Part shown: positions 22,753 to 56,422 of the stretch, one piece after another
How the letters are laid out: every line of letters starts with the position of its first letter
How positions within the stretch are numbered: position 1 is the first letter of the stretch
NCBI RefSeq assembly: GCF_009914755.1
Contig: NC_060947.1
DNA: 64,000 nucleotides
Reading direction: 5' to 3' (one strand)
Origin: the human T2T-CHM13v2.0 reference genome, Homo sapiens
The notes under the pieces: generated by a model
Seen by the model: only the letters and a program-made list of their open reading frames with translations
Database searches by the model: none
Told to the model about the DNA's origin: nothing
Position numbers and translations under genes: made by a program

Positions 22753-23602
22753 TACTTTTTTTTTTTATTTAATTTTATTTTGAAATATGTAAAAATTTAC
22801 ATAATTCTATACTATGAAAATCTCACTTCTGTCCTTTCCTCTTCCATCTTTTACCATCTTCTGCCTTGAGATAACCATTTCTATTGCTTTTTGTTTTTTC
22901 CATCCAGTGTTTTCCTTTCTTTAAACTTAGTAAGCATTGTTTTATAATCTGTATTTGATAATTCCAATGTCTGAAGTTTTTGAATGTCTGTTTCTGTTGC
23001 CTGCTTTTGTGTGTGTGTGTGTGTGTGCTTCTTCCTCATACTGCTTAGTTTCTTTGTGTGCCTGGTTATCTTTGACGATGTGCTGGATACTTGGAATATT
23101 ATTTTATAGAAATAATTTGAACACTGAAATGATATATTTCTGCACAGAGGACTTTTCTTTGCTTCTCACTGGTACCCAGTGGTGTTCTTTGTCTGGTACT
23201 ACCCTAATCCAAGTTCTGTGTCTGAGATTCCCTGAACTATAGGAGGTTAGACTGCAAGCTTGTGAGAGGACTAATTTACTTCTGGTTATGTCTTATCTTG
23301 AAGGTATAGCCCATTGGGTTTCCAAGTTTAAAGTGGGGCATGATTTATAAGAGTTCCCAATTTTGGAAAACCCTGTGCTCTGAATTTAATTACCTTAGTT
23401 CTTTGAGACCGTGGAAGTACAGTTCACTTTGGTAGCAAATTCCTCTGGATTGGCAAATTCCCTCAGGCCAAAAGTGATTTTGAGTATTAGACTTACTTCT
23501 TTGGGTTATCATCTTCTATATTTTGGCCTTGTAACTCCTTACCGTAGCATTAGCACCTTGTTACTTTAAAAAAAAATCTACCTTTTGTTATGGAAAATGT
23601 CA

Positions 23603-27770
<4,168 letters not shown>

Positions 27771-28091
27771 TGGGTACTTTTTTTGTTTTGTAACCCTCTA
27801 TAGCACACAGGCTTACTAAATTCAGGAAAGGCAACCAAAAACTCTTTTTACAAGTCTTATAGATTCTTGGAAACAAACAGATTTGACTATTGAAGAAAAA
27901 TGTTAAAGCATATAAGTGACCAGTTTAGTTTGGAAAATAGCTCAGGCTAGATTGTCATGTAAGACTTTTATGATGTAATGTTGAACTTCATGAAGACAAG
28001 TGAGTCAAGTGCAGTCATAAATATTTGCAATGATAATAATTATTATGATGATGCTAATGTTTTGCCTTGCCTTTGTTTAATAACTTATCCT

Positions 28092-28390
<299 letters not shown>

Positions 28391-28556
28391 CTTATCCTCT
28401 TTCTTTAAGTACCACAATATACATTGACTCTTTGATTATCAAAGCAGTCCTGTGAGGTTGTAAGGTTAGGCACCATTATTCCCATCTGGAAGGTGAAAGG
28501 AATAGCCTCAGGAAGATTGATTTATTGCTAAAAGGGAAAAATAATTAACAATTATT

Positions 28557-29277
28557 TATTTATTTGTTTATTTATTTATTATTTTCAATGTTTTATTTCC
28601 ATAGGTTTTTGGGGAACAGGTGCTATTTGGTTACATGAGTAAGTTCTTTGGTGGTGATTTGTGAGATTTTGGTGCACCCATCACCCGAGCAGTATACACT
28701 GTACCCAATTTGTAGTCTTTTATCCCTCACCCCCTTCCCACCCTTTCCCCGAGTCCCCAGAGTCCATTGTGTCATTCTTATGCCCTTGCATCCTCACAGC
28801 TTAGCTCCCACTTATGAGTGAGAATATACGATGTTTTTTTTTTTCATTCCTGAGTTACTTCACTTAGAATAATAGTCTCCAGTCCCACCTAGATTGCTGC
28901 AAATGCCATTAATTCATTCATTTTTATGGCTGAGTAGTATTTCATCGTATATATATATGCCACAGTTTATTTACCCACTCATTGATTGATGGGTGTTTGG
29001 GTTAGTTCCATATTTTTGCAGTTGCGAATTCTGCTGCTATAAACATGCATGCACAAGTGCCTTTTTTTGTATAATGACTTCTTTTCCTCTGGGTAGATAT
29101 CCAGTAGTGGGATTGCTGGATCAAATGGTGGTTCTACTTTTAGTTCTTTAAGGAATCTCCACACTGTTTTCCATAGTAGTTGTACTATTTTACATTCCCA
29201 TCAGCAGTGTAGAAGGGTTCCCTTTTCACCGCATCCACGCCAACATCTATTTTTTAACTTTTTTTATTATGGCCAGG
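28557..29277 (-). mobile_element. 5'-truncated L1 (L1PB-like) with 14-bp TSD
   Basis: ORF2 C-terminus [20 protein letters not shown]; TSD aattaacaattatt at 28543-28556 and 29278-29291. Confidence 0.88.
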
Positions 29278-29391
29278 AATTAACAATTATTGAAGACTTA
29301 TGACTCACCAGACTTGGACTATAATGTACATATATGTGTTAGGCCTCTAAACTAGTTATCACTATCCCTGTTTTACAGGAGAAGAAGCTTA

Positions 29392-33370
<3,979 letters not shown>

Positions 33371-33609
33371 TGTTTTACATAGTTTAAGAGTTTTCACTTA
33401 GCAATAATTTTTAAAATGTTATTTCTTAAAGCTGATGGATATTTGAAAGGAATCCAAGAGTGATGGTAGGAATAGAACTTTGCAAATGAGCAAGTGAATT
33501 GCCATCTTAATTTTCTGATGATTTGTACTAACCAAGTATTTCTATCACCATATCTCCCCACTTCTTTTTTGTTTTGCTTTGTTTTGTTTTTTGTTTGTTT
33601 GTTTTTAAG

Positions 33610-33651
33610 GAAAGCCCAGAAGAAAGGACAGTAAATGTGAGCTCTATTCGG
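33610..33651 (+). CDS. CENPI: CENPI penultimate 42-nt coding exon (ESPEERTVNVSSIR)
   Basis: long T-rich tract + ttaag acceptor, gtaaat donor; symmetric phase 0. Confidence 0.9.
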
Positions 33652-33941
33652 GTAAATAAATTTACTTTCATCGTGTTGAGGGATTTCATACAGCTTAATT
33701 TCATCAAGAGAATTTATACTTTTCCTTTTTTCCAAACCTTAAGCCTGCTGCCTCCACAAAGTCAAAATGAAGTGTTTGCCTTCCAAATTCATTCCAGTGA
33801 CTTTAATGTGAATTTATTGGCACTTATTCTTTCTAGTCTTATCTAGGATGTAACTTTTGATAGTTACAGTTGCATGTATATAAAGTATGATTGTAATGAA
33901 ATAAAGTATGATTTGTTACTGGCGTAACAAAGCCATACATA

Positions 33942-34575
<634 letters not shown>

Positions 34576-34914
34576 TTATCTCATTATCAAAAACTGCTAT
34601 TTACACATTTAATATAGGCAGTAATATAATAATATCTGCTCCTATGTTATCTCCTAGAGTGTGAGAATGATGACACATTTCCATTGCACAGTACTTAAAT
34701 TTTTTTGCCAACATAATAAAATGGACGTTTAGCCCTTGGAATTGGGTACTTTCTGGTTTAAATGTTACTTAGTGACTGAGCTCATTTCCCCCCCGAACTA
34801 ATTTTGATATGTGCATGCGGGATGCTGCAAACTCTTCCTAGGGAAAGAGGAGGAAATAGAGAAAAAGCATAGTAAAATATTCGATAAGTAATTTTCCTTT
34901 TTCTGTGCCTGCAG

Positions 34915-35049
34915 GGAAAGAAATGGAGCTGGTATTTGGACTATTTATTTTCACAGGGGTTACAAGGCTTGAAACTTTTTATAAGAAGTAGTGTTCATCA
35001 TTCTTCCATTCCCAGAGCAGAGGGCATAAACTGCAACAATCAATATTAA
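34915..35049 (+). CDS. CENPI: CENPI terminal coding exon (GKKWSWYLDYLFSQGLQGLKLF...NCNNQY*)
   Basis: ctgcag acceptor; 45 codons including TAA at 35047-35049. Confidence 0.95.
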   Translation, partial: GKKWSWYLDYLFSQGLQGLKLFIRSSVHHSSIPRAEGINCNNQY

Positions 35050-35649
35050 ATGAATGTTGACATAAACTGAACACACTGGACTAAACTCACTCCTCATTGC
35101 TAGAGCAAAGTGGCTCATCTTGAGTTCCCATTTTCATTTCACTGACAGACTGCCATCCTCAAGGAGTACTCAGACTGGCCTTCTGTTCATGGCTTAGGAG
35201 AGCCTTGGTGTGCCTAACTGATTTTTCAAAATTTAGATTTTTTTAGCCTACCAGTGAAAAATGACCCCTTCATCATCAGGCTCTGCGTTCTACCAAATTG
35301 TATGTAAAAAGACACATCTGTTTTGTGGTAGGATTTTTTCACATTTTTGGGTACTATGAGCTGCATTGATGGAAGACAGCAGGCAATATGTGGTGACAGT
35401 TAACTCACAGACATAAACATGCAAAATACTTTGCTGTCTCTGGGGATATTGCCATTTTTCTTACTGTGAGCAACAGCACCAACACCAAGTTAACAGGATG
35501 CAACATGTGTATGACTCTAAAAGCCCTAAGTAGTTGGTAACTTCCTGGGCCTTCAATCATAGCAATTTGATGAGGGAAGGAAGGGGAGAGGATTTGTTGG
35601 GTAATCAAGACATTCCCGTATATGTCTGATTTCATGGAACTGCTCTATT

Positions 35650-35702
35650 TTGTTTGTGTGTATTGTATATGTATATGTGTATGTGTGCGTGTATGTGTGT
35701 GT
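35650..35702 (+). repeat. imperfect (TG)n/(TATG)n microsatellite in the 3' UTR
   Basis: direct reading. Confidence 0.85.
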
Positions 35703-35733
35703 CTGTAGCTTCAGTTTTTAAGTGTAAGGACTA

Positions 35734-35739
35734 AATAAA
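35734..35739 (+). terminator. candidate proximal polyadenylation signal AATAAA
   Basis: first canonical hexamer I found after the CENPI stop, downstream of a TG/TATG-rich tract. Confidence 0.6.
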
Positions 35740-35835
35740 CTAACTGAAATTTTACTTTCAGAAGGAATTCTGAAGTTTTAAAAAAGTTAATAATAGCTAG
35801 AATATCTTGCTGAAAATGTACTATAAAATTTTGCC

Positions 35836-36149
<314 letters not shown>

Positions 36150-36407
36150 CTAGTAAAATTCGTATCATTTGAGAAGAATCAAGCTGAATTAATTTTTGTC
36201 TTTAAGGATGCATACTTGGGGTTCTTTTTTTTCCCCATTTAAAAAACAAACCCTAAACTATATTATTGGATGGCGTTCAGACTAGAAATCCCACTCGTCC
36301 ATTGACTCATTAATTGATTCAATAAATATTTATTGAGCTCCTTTCTCTGTGCCAGGTACTCTTCTGTGTGCTGGTTATACAGTTGTGACCAATACAAAGT
36401 ACCCGGG

Positions 36408-36712
36408 TTTTTGTTTTTGTTTTTGTTTTTTGAGATGGAGTCTCACTCTGTTGCCCAGGCTGGAGTGCAGAGGCATGATCTTGGCTCACTGCAACCTCTA
36501 CTTTCTGGTTCAAGCAATTCTCCTGCCTCAGCCTCACGAATAGCTGGGATTACAGGCACCTACCACCACGCCCAGCCAATTTTTGTATTTTTAGTAGAGA
36601 CAGGGTTCCGTCATGTTGACCAGGCTGGACTTGAACTCTTGATCTCAAGTGATCAACCCGCCTTGGCCTCCCAAAGTGTTGGGATTAGAGGTGTGAGCCA
36701 TTGCACCCAGCC
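36408..36712 (-). mobile_element. Alu, antisense, inserted in an L2 in the extended CENPI 3' UTR
   Basis: antisense Alu, TSD caaagtacc; host L2 (attcaataaatatttattgagc...tgtgccagg) runs to ~37930. Confidence 0.88.
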
Positions 36713-38182
36713 CAAAGTACCTGTTTTTATGGAGTTTACATTCCAATGGAGAAGACAGACAATAACATATATCAAATGCTATAAAGAAAGGGCAGGGAAT
36801 AGGGATACAATGTGTTGAATTTTGTCAAATGCTTTTTTTGTATCTTTTGAGATTATCATATGGCTTTTGTCCTTCATTCTGTTAACATGATATATCACAT
36901 TTACTGATTTGTGTATACTGAATCATCTTTGCATCCCGGGATGAATCCCACTGGGACAGAATGTGGAGAGGGTTGAAACTTTAGATAAGATGGTTTGGGA
37001 AAGCCTGTTTGAAGAGATGACATATGCAGAGGCCCCAGTGAAGTAAGCATATGAGTCATATAAATATTTGGGGAAAGAGCATTCTGGACAAAGGTAAAAA
37101 ACAAGTGAAAAGGCCCTAAAATGTTAACTTACTTGGCATGTTTGAGGAATAACAAAGAGGCCAGTAAGGTTACAGCATAGTGATTAAGAGAGAAGAATGG
37201 TAAGAAGTGACATAAGGAAGAAAGCCAGGTCCTTATAGCCTGGCATGGATATGTAAATGGGAAGCAATTAGATTGAGAAGAGGAGTGACATAATTTGATT
37301 TACCTTTATGAAATATGGAGCTACAATGTCAAGGTTAGACTGAAGAAGATTAAAGAGGAAAGCAGAGACTGGTTAGGTTATTATAGTGTCCTAGGTAACA
37401 GTTTTGGACAAGTGTGATAAATGTTGAGGTGGGAGGGGTTAGAGGTTGGATTCAGACTCTGTTTTGTAAGTAGAGAAGATAATGTCTGCTGATAGCTTGG
37501 ATATGAGGAGGAAAAGGAGAGGAGTAAAGGATGACTCAGATTTTTGACCTGTCAATTGGGTGAACTCTGAGATTAAATTCTGTTTTGGCTATGTTAGGTT
37601 GGAAATGCTGTGTAGGCAATTGGATATCCAAGTCTGGACTTCAGAGTACAATTTGGGACTAGAAAATTAATTTGGGAGTCATTAGGGAATAACCATGACT
37701 TTGGATGAGATCACCTAGTACAGCTAGAGAAGAGAAGGTAGCAAAAGACAGAGACCTAAGGTATGCCAGCATTGAGAAGTAGAGGAGAAGAGGAACCAGC
37801 AAAAGACTGAGAAGGACCCACCAGTGACCTAGAAGAAAAATCAGGAGGCTGGTATTCTGGAAGCCATCAGAAGAAAATGTTTCACAAAAGGAAGGTAGTA
37901 TTGAATGGTGTGAAATGTTACCTATATACCTGGAAAAAAGCAACTTCAGCTGCTTTTTAAGTAAATGTGATAGTTTGTACTGCAAATAACTTTCCATATT
38001 GCTTTTCAGATCATGATATTTTGGTCCTTAAGATCATGTAGAACTTTCCATTGTGAGAAGGGAGTTGATTATTTTATCATTAAAGAAACTTTTCTAAACT
38101 TAAATTTATGAAAAATAATTTTTCCCTTAGGTTTGTCTTTTTGTTCAATAATGATTCCCTGGGTATCTTTTTTTGCCCCACA

Positions 38183-38188
38183 AATAAA
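38183..38188 (+). terminator. candidate distal polyadenylation signal AATAAA
   Basis: canonical hexamer followed about 25-50 nt later by a T/GT-rich element (cttttttttgtgcctatttctctttt). Confidence 0.45.
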
Positions 38189-38237
38189 ATACTTAGACAT
38201 ACCTGGATACCTTTTTTTGTGCCTATTTCTCTTTTAA

Positions 38238-39200
<963 letters not shown>

Positions 39201-39689
39201 TAAGGCTATGGTGTCACACATAACTTTTATTAACATAGTAGAATTGTTTACTAGAAAAGTGATTCTCTGTAATTCTTACTGAGATAATTTGCATTTGGGA
39301 ATCTTCATGGGTGAACAGATTGCTTGAGCCTTTTTGGACAAAATGCAAAAAGTATGAATGAATGAGCACGTATTTAATAGACTGACATCCTGGGCATTTA
39401 TGAGTACTCCAGCCTTGGATACAATGACACCTACGAAACTGAACAAGACTGATTTTTTTGCGTTGTACGTTGCCCTTGCATCCATTTGTATGCAACTTAC
39501 TGTTACCTCGGGTAATAAGGGAGAACATAGTATATAATTTTTAAAAATTAACCTTTAATTCCAGCTTTTAAAAATTAGAAATGAATCATTTTTGCATTTA
39601 TAATCAGCTTCATGGACTAGGTTAAATTCCCAAACTTGATTACCACTTTCTGCGTAATCAATTGAAAATTGGAATGTGGGGGACCTCTG

Positions 39690-44870
<5,181 letters not shown>

Positions 44871-45036
44871 TTTAAGTCCTTTGGAAATGGATGAGATGAG
44901 TAATCTTAAAGCTCTTATATTTGCATAGTGATCATCTTAATTGTATAATAATACATTTAGAAAAATTATACTCATAAAATCATTATTTGATTATCTTCTG
45001 TCTCTTACCCTGCCCTCTTCAAGTCTAGGAAGTTAG

Positions 45037-45574
<538 letters not shown>

Positions 45575-45674
45575 TGAGGATGCAACCAGAGTGATGATGT
45601 TTTAAATAGAATTAGGAAGCTTTCTTATGTGTTTAAATGGTAATTTATGTAGAAAAATGTATTAATCTATTTAA

Positions 45675-47276
<1,602 letters not shown>

Positions 47277-47741
47277 CTATTTCAATAACTTAACCCCATT
47301 TTTACGATACTCTGTGTGAAAAAATCTTAGCAATGTTTAGAATCCCATGTTATTGCTTTACTCTGTTGATTGTTTCCTTTGCTGTGCAACAGCTTTTTAG
47401 TTTATATAGATCTACCACCTACCCCTGTTGGATATTTACCCCATTATAAGGAAGTAAGAATTTTGCCTCGCAACTTAGCCTCTACAGTTGCAGGGAAAGC
47501 TAAAGTAAAGAAAATGATCCTACCACTTCCATGGATGGGAAGAAAATAAGAAAGAAAATGAGCATGTTGTGCTGAATGGGGAGTTAGAATAAAATTGTAG
47601 TTTCTTGTCCTAACTTCAAATACTATTCCCCTTGTGTTTGGAAATGAATTGAGCTGAAGGAAAGAGCTGAAGGATTCTTGGCCTATAACTTAGCTCCTAG
47701 AGGTTGGACAGTAATTGAGCCTTTCTAGTATCTATACTTCT

Positions 47742-50450
47742 ATTTTTAATTGATGCATAATATTTGTACATACTTATGGGGTGCATGGGATACATTATTA
47801 CATGTATAGACTGTATAATGATCAAGTCAGGGTACTTGGGATGTCTAACACCTCGAGTATTTATTATTTCTGTGTTGGAAACATTTCTATTCTAGCTATC
47901 AAAATATACAATACATTGTTAACTATAGTTACCCTCCTGTGCTGTCAAGCATTAGAACTTATTCCTTCTATCTAACTGAATGTACTCATTAACTAATCAC
48001 TCTTTATCCTCCGCCAACCCCCACCAAACCCACACCCTTCCCAGCCTCTGGTATCTATCATTCTATTCTCTACCTCCATAAGGTCAACTTTATTAGCTCC
48101 CACATATGAGTGAGAATATGTGATATTTGTCTTTGTGTGCCTGGCTTATTTCACTTAACATAATGACCTCCAGTTCCATCCACGTTGCTTCAAATGACAG
48201 GATTTTATTCTTTTATAGATGATAGTATTTCATTGTATGTGTGTATGTATGTGCATTTTTAATTCATTAGTCCATTGATAGGCACTTAGGTTTATTCCAT
48301 ATCTTTCTATTGTGAATAGTGCTGCAGTAAGCTCACAGGTGTCCCTTTGATATACTGATCTGTTTTCCTTTGGATAAATACAGAGTAGTGGGATTCCTGG
48401 AACATATGGTAGTTCTATTTTTAGTTTTTTGAACCTCCCCTACTGTTCTCCGTGGTGGCTATACTAATTTACAATCCCACCAAGAGTGTATAAGCATTCC
48501 CCTTTCACATCCTTGCCAGCATGCTATTTTTTTCTTTTTAATAGCCATTCTAACTGGGGTGAGGTGATATCTTATTATAGTTTTGATTTGCATTCCCTGA
48601 TGATTAGTGATCTTCAGCATTTTTATTCATATACCTATTGGGAAATTGTGTGTATTCTTTTGAGAACTGTCTATTCATGTCCTTTGCTCACTTTTTAATG
48701 GGTTTGTTTGTTTTATCTTGTTAAGTTGTTTGAGTTCCTTGTATATTTGGGATATTAGTTCCTTGTAGGATGAATCATTTGCACATATTTTCTTCAGTTC
48801 AACGATGCCTCTACTCTGTTGGTTGTTTCCTTTGCTGCGCAAAAGTTTTTTATGTATATAGTCCCATTTGTCTGTTTTTGTTTCTGTGCTTTCGAGGTCT
48901 TAGCCATAAGTTCTTTGCATAGACCAATGTTTTATAGTTTCAGGTCTTATGTTTCAGTCTTTACCGTGCTGAGTTGATTTTGTATATGGTGATGTTTGTG
49001 ATTTCCTCAGTGGCTTAGGATGCTATTATTGGTGGAGGCTGTGGTGAAGTTTTCCTGGGGACAGGAGCACCACATGGGCCTGTCCTTGGTCCCTTGATTC
49101 CAGTGGCGGGCTGAATGTACCTGTCCTTGAGTCTCAGCGTGGTGTATGTTGACACCAGTGTTATTTTAGATCCAGTGGGGCTGTCTTTTGGGCTCCTAGG
49201 TGGCTTGCTTGGGTGCCAGTAGTGGCAGTGGCAAGCTGGGAAGGTGGGCAGGTTTTTGGGCCCCTGGATGCAGGTATGGTGTGGTCAATGATAGTTGCAG
49301 TGGTGGGACAAGCCTTTTGCTCCCAAGCTATCCACACTGGTATTTATGATGGCTGTAATGGGTTATGCAAGATAGTCCTGAGGCCTGCAAGTGGCATGTG
49401 CAGGTGAGTACCAGCTGCAGGTGGGTACCTGCAGTGGCAGGTTGGGTGGGCCCAACCTCAGGCCTTCAAGATGAATGCCCATTTGTCACCAGTGGTGGGC
49501 TTTGCTGGGCAGCCTCTAGGCCCTTGGAAGGCATGGTAGGTCACAGCGAGCATTGAGCCAGGCTGGGTGGACCTGTCCTCAGTTCCCCAGGTGGTGCATT
49601 TAGGCATTGACTGTGTTAGGTAGAGGCAGGGCGCTCCTCAAGCTCAAGGCAGAATGATTGAGTGGGGACAGCAGCAACTGTGCAACAGCCCTGCTACTAT
49701 AGAGGACAGGGTTGCTTTCAGTTGGTAGCAGTCATATGCAGGTGGGTGCTCACACTTTGGGCCTGGTGGAGGCAGACTGATGTGGTAGCTACTGTTGGTA
49801 AGGGAGTTTGTCCTCAGGCCATGTGAAGGTGTGCTGCAGCTTCACTGCTGGGGGCAGCAGGATCCTTGCCGATGCCTTCCCTTGCACTTTAGCCCTCGTG
49901 GCACAGTGAGCTGCGATGGTGGCTGTGGGTGTGAAATGTCAATGGGGCTCCAAAGATGTGGAGATGCAGGGGCTATTGGGCCCCCAGGCAGGATGCAGTC
50001 TGGTGAGTCTTAGCAACCAATACGCTGCCTTGCTGTAGCTGCTTAGGGCTTGGAGTATGTATGGGACCCAGTGTGAGCCCCCTCTCTGGAGCCGTGTCTT
50101 CATGCATTTTTCAGGCAGCTTATTCTCAGGGCCTGAAAGAGTCTAGGGGCTTTCCTGTGGCTAGGAAGAAGGAGTCTGCAATGGAAATGTGGATCACTGG
50201 GGGTCACTCACATATCCTTTCCCCTGGATAGGGGCTTCCCTGGAGCCTCTCCAGGTTCCCAGCTGATCCCAGGTAGCAGGCTGCTTCGCATCCCTCTCCT
50301 TCCTTGCTTTAGGTGTTTCCTGTCACTTCTCTAATTCCAGTGTTCTCTGTTAAATGATCCGTTTGAAATACGATTATCTACTTGCTACTTTGGTTCTTTG
50401 TGAAGGTGAGTACCAGATGCCTCTAGTCAGCTATCTTGAAGCCCCTTCCT
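47742..50450 (-). mobile_element. L1M(A) with 5' UTR joined almost directly to the ORF2 3' end
   Basis: minus strand starts ggggcttcaagatagctgactagaggcatctgg (L1 5' end with YY1-like caagatgg); L1MA 3' UTR at the left; degenerate 16-bp TSD at 47726-47741 and 50451-50466. Confidence 0.7.
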
Positions 50451-50464
50451 TAGGATCTATGCTT

Positions 50465-55198
<4,734 letters not shown>

Positions 55199-55323
55199 TT
55201 TTTTCTTTTTTTTTTTTGAGACGGTGTCTCGCTCTGTCACCTAGGCTGGAGTGCAGTGGTGCGATCTCGGCTCACTGCAACCTCTGCCTCGCAGGTTCAA
55301 GCGATTCTCTTGCCTCAGTCTCC

Positions 55324-55670
55324 TGTTGGGGTGATTAGATCCAACACCAGGTCATGGGGGCAACAAAGTCCGGCGGAGTCAAAGAAATGAGAAAAAGACA
55401 GTTTGAGAGACAAAGTGGGACCAGGAGGCCATTGCAAGTGTGGAGGCTGCGAAGGCCCTGAGCTCTGGGAGCCCACACTATTTACTGGTGCTCAAACAAA
55501 GAAACAGGTGGTGAGGATGTGGGGGTTGAAAGGAAACAGTGTATCAAGTGAATGAGAAGCATAGGGCTGCTTGAGATAATGGGAATTCTAGAAGCAAGGA
55601 GCCAGCAAGTCTAGCAGACATGCAAGCCCTGCCTCAGCTTCTCTCCCAACACTCAGCTTTTCTCCCAACA
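55324..55670 (-). repeat. 3' LTR (347 bp)
   Basis: direct repeat of 61611-61953, about 25 substitutions and one 4-bp indel by manual alignment. Confidence 0.95.
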
Positions 55671-55690
55671 TGCTCCCCTTCTCTTTTTTG
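55671..55690 (-). promoter_or_regulatory. polypurine tract before the 3' LTR
   Basis: minus strand aaaaaagagaaggggagca then TGTTGG. Confidence 0.85.
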
Positions 55691-56422
55691 TAAAAACCGC
55701 CAGAGCTATCATTATTATTAGCATAAGGTGACCTTTTTTAAAAAAAATTAATTGAGCAAGATAATTGCAGGCTGTGCAGCCCTTAATTGCCAGTTGGTGA
55801 TCCAGCTTCAATTTTTTTTAGCCCTTATTCAAAATGGGGTTGCTCTGGTTTGAATGCTTCATACATATCTCCCCTTTCCCTTTTACAAGAGGACCCTTAA
55901 TCCTAGGGGCTGCAGAAGGTTGAAGGTCCATCTTCTGTAACTTCTTCATGCTGAATAGGGGCAATGATACTCCTGCCTACCTATTAGGGTCTATTGTATT
56001 CAGGGTAGAGAGGAGTTCAGTCAGAAAGCATTGGTCCGTAAAGCATCTATAGGTAAAACCCTGGCACTCCAGCAGTTTCTCAGCATGGCTCGTACTGGGG
56101 GAACCCAGTCCATGGTTGGGATCCATGGGTCCTTCCAGTCTCATGTTCCATGGTCATACACATCTTGAGGGCACCTACACAGTTTGTTCATCTCCTGCAA
56201 AAACACAAGCATACCCTCACCCCCACATTAGTAAATCTATGGAAACAGAAGCAAAAACTTTTGAGGCTGTAGCCGGGAGGCATGCCATTGCTGAAGCATT
56301 TGTAACTCAGCTTCCACCTCTTTGGTTAATTACCACGGGGTAAAACTTACCGTTGATAACAAGAAGCAGGCCCCTTCTAACAGAAGGCACAGAGAAAGCA
56401 AATTGAGGCTTAAAAACAATCC

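Noticed and set aside
48960-49020. Possible spliced L1 retrocopy (SpIRE) junction
   Set aside because: The ORF2 sequence upstream of tcaccatatacaaaa, as I recall the consensus, is not an AG acceptor; a deletion is the simpler explanation.
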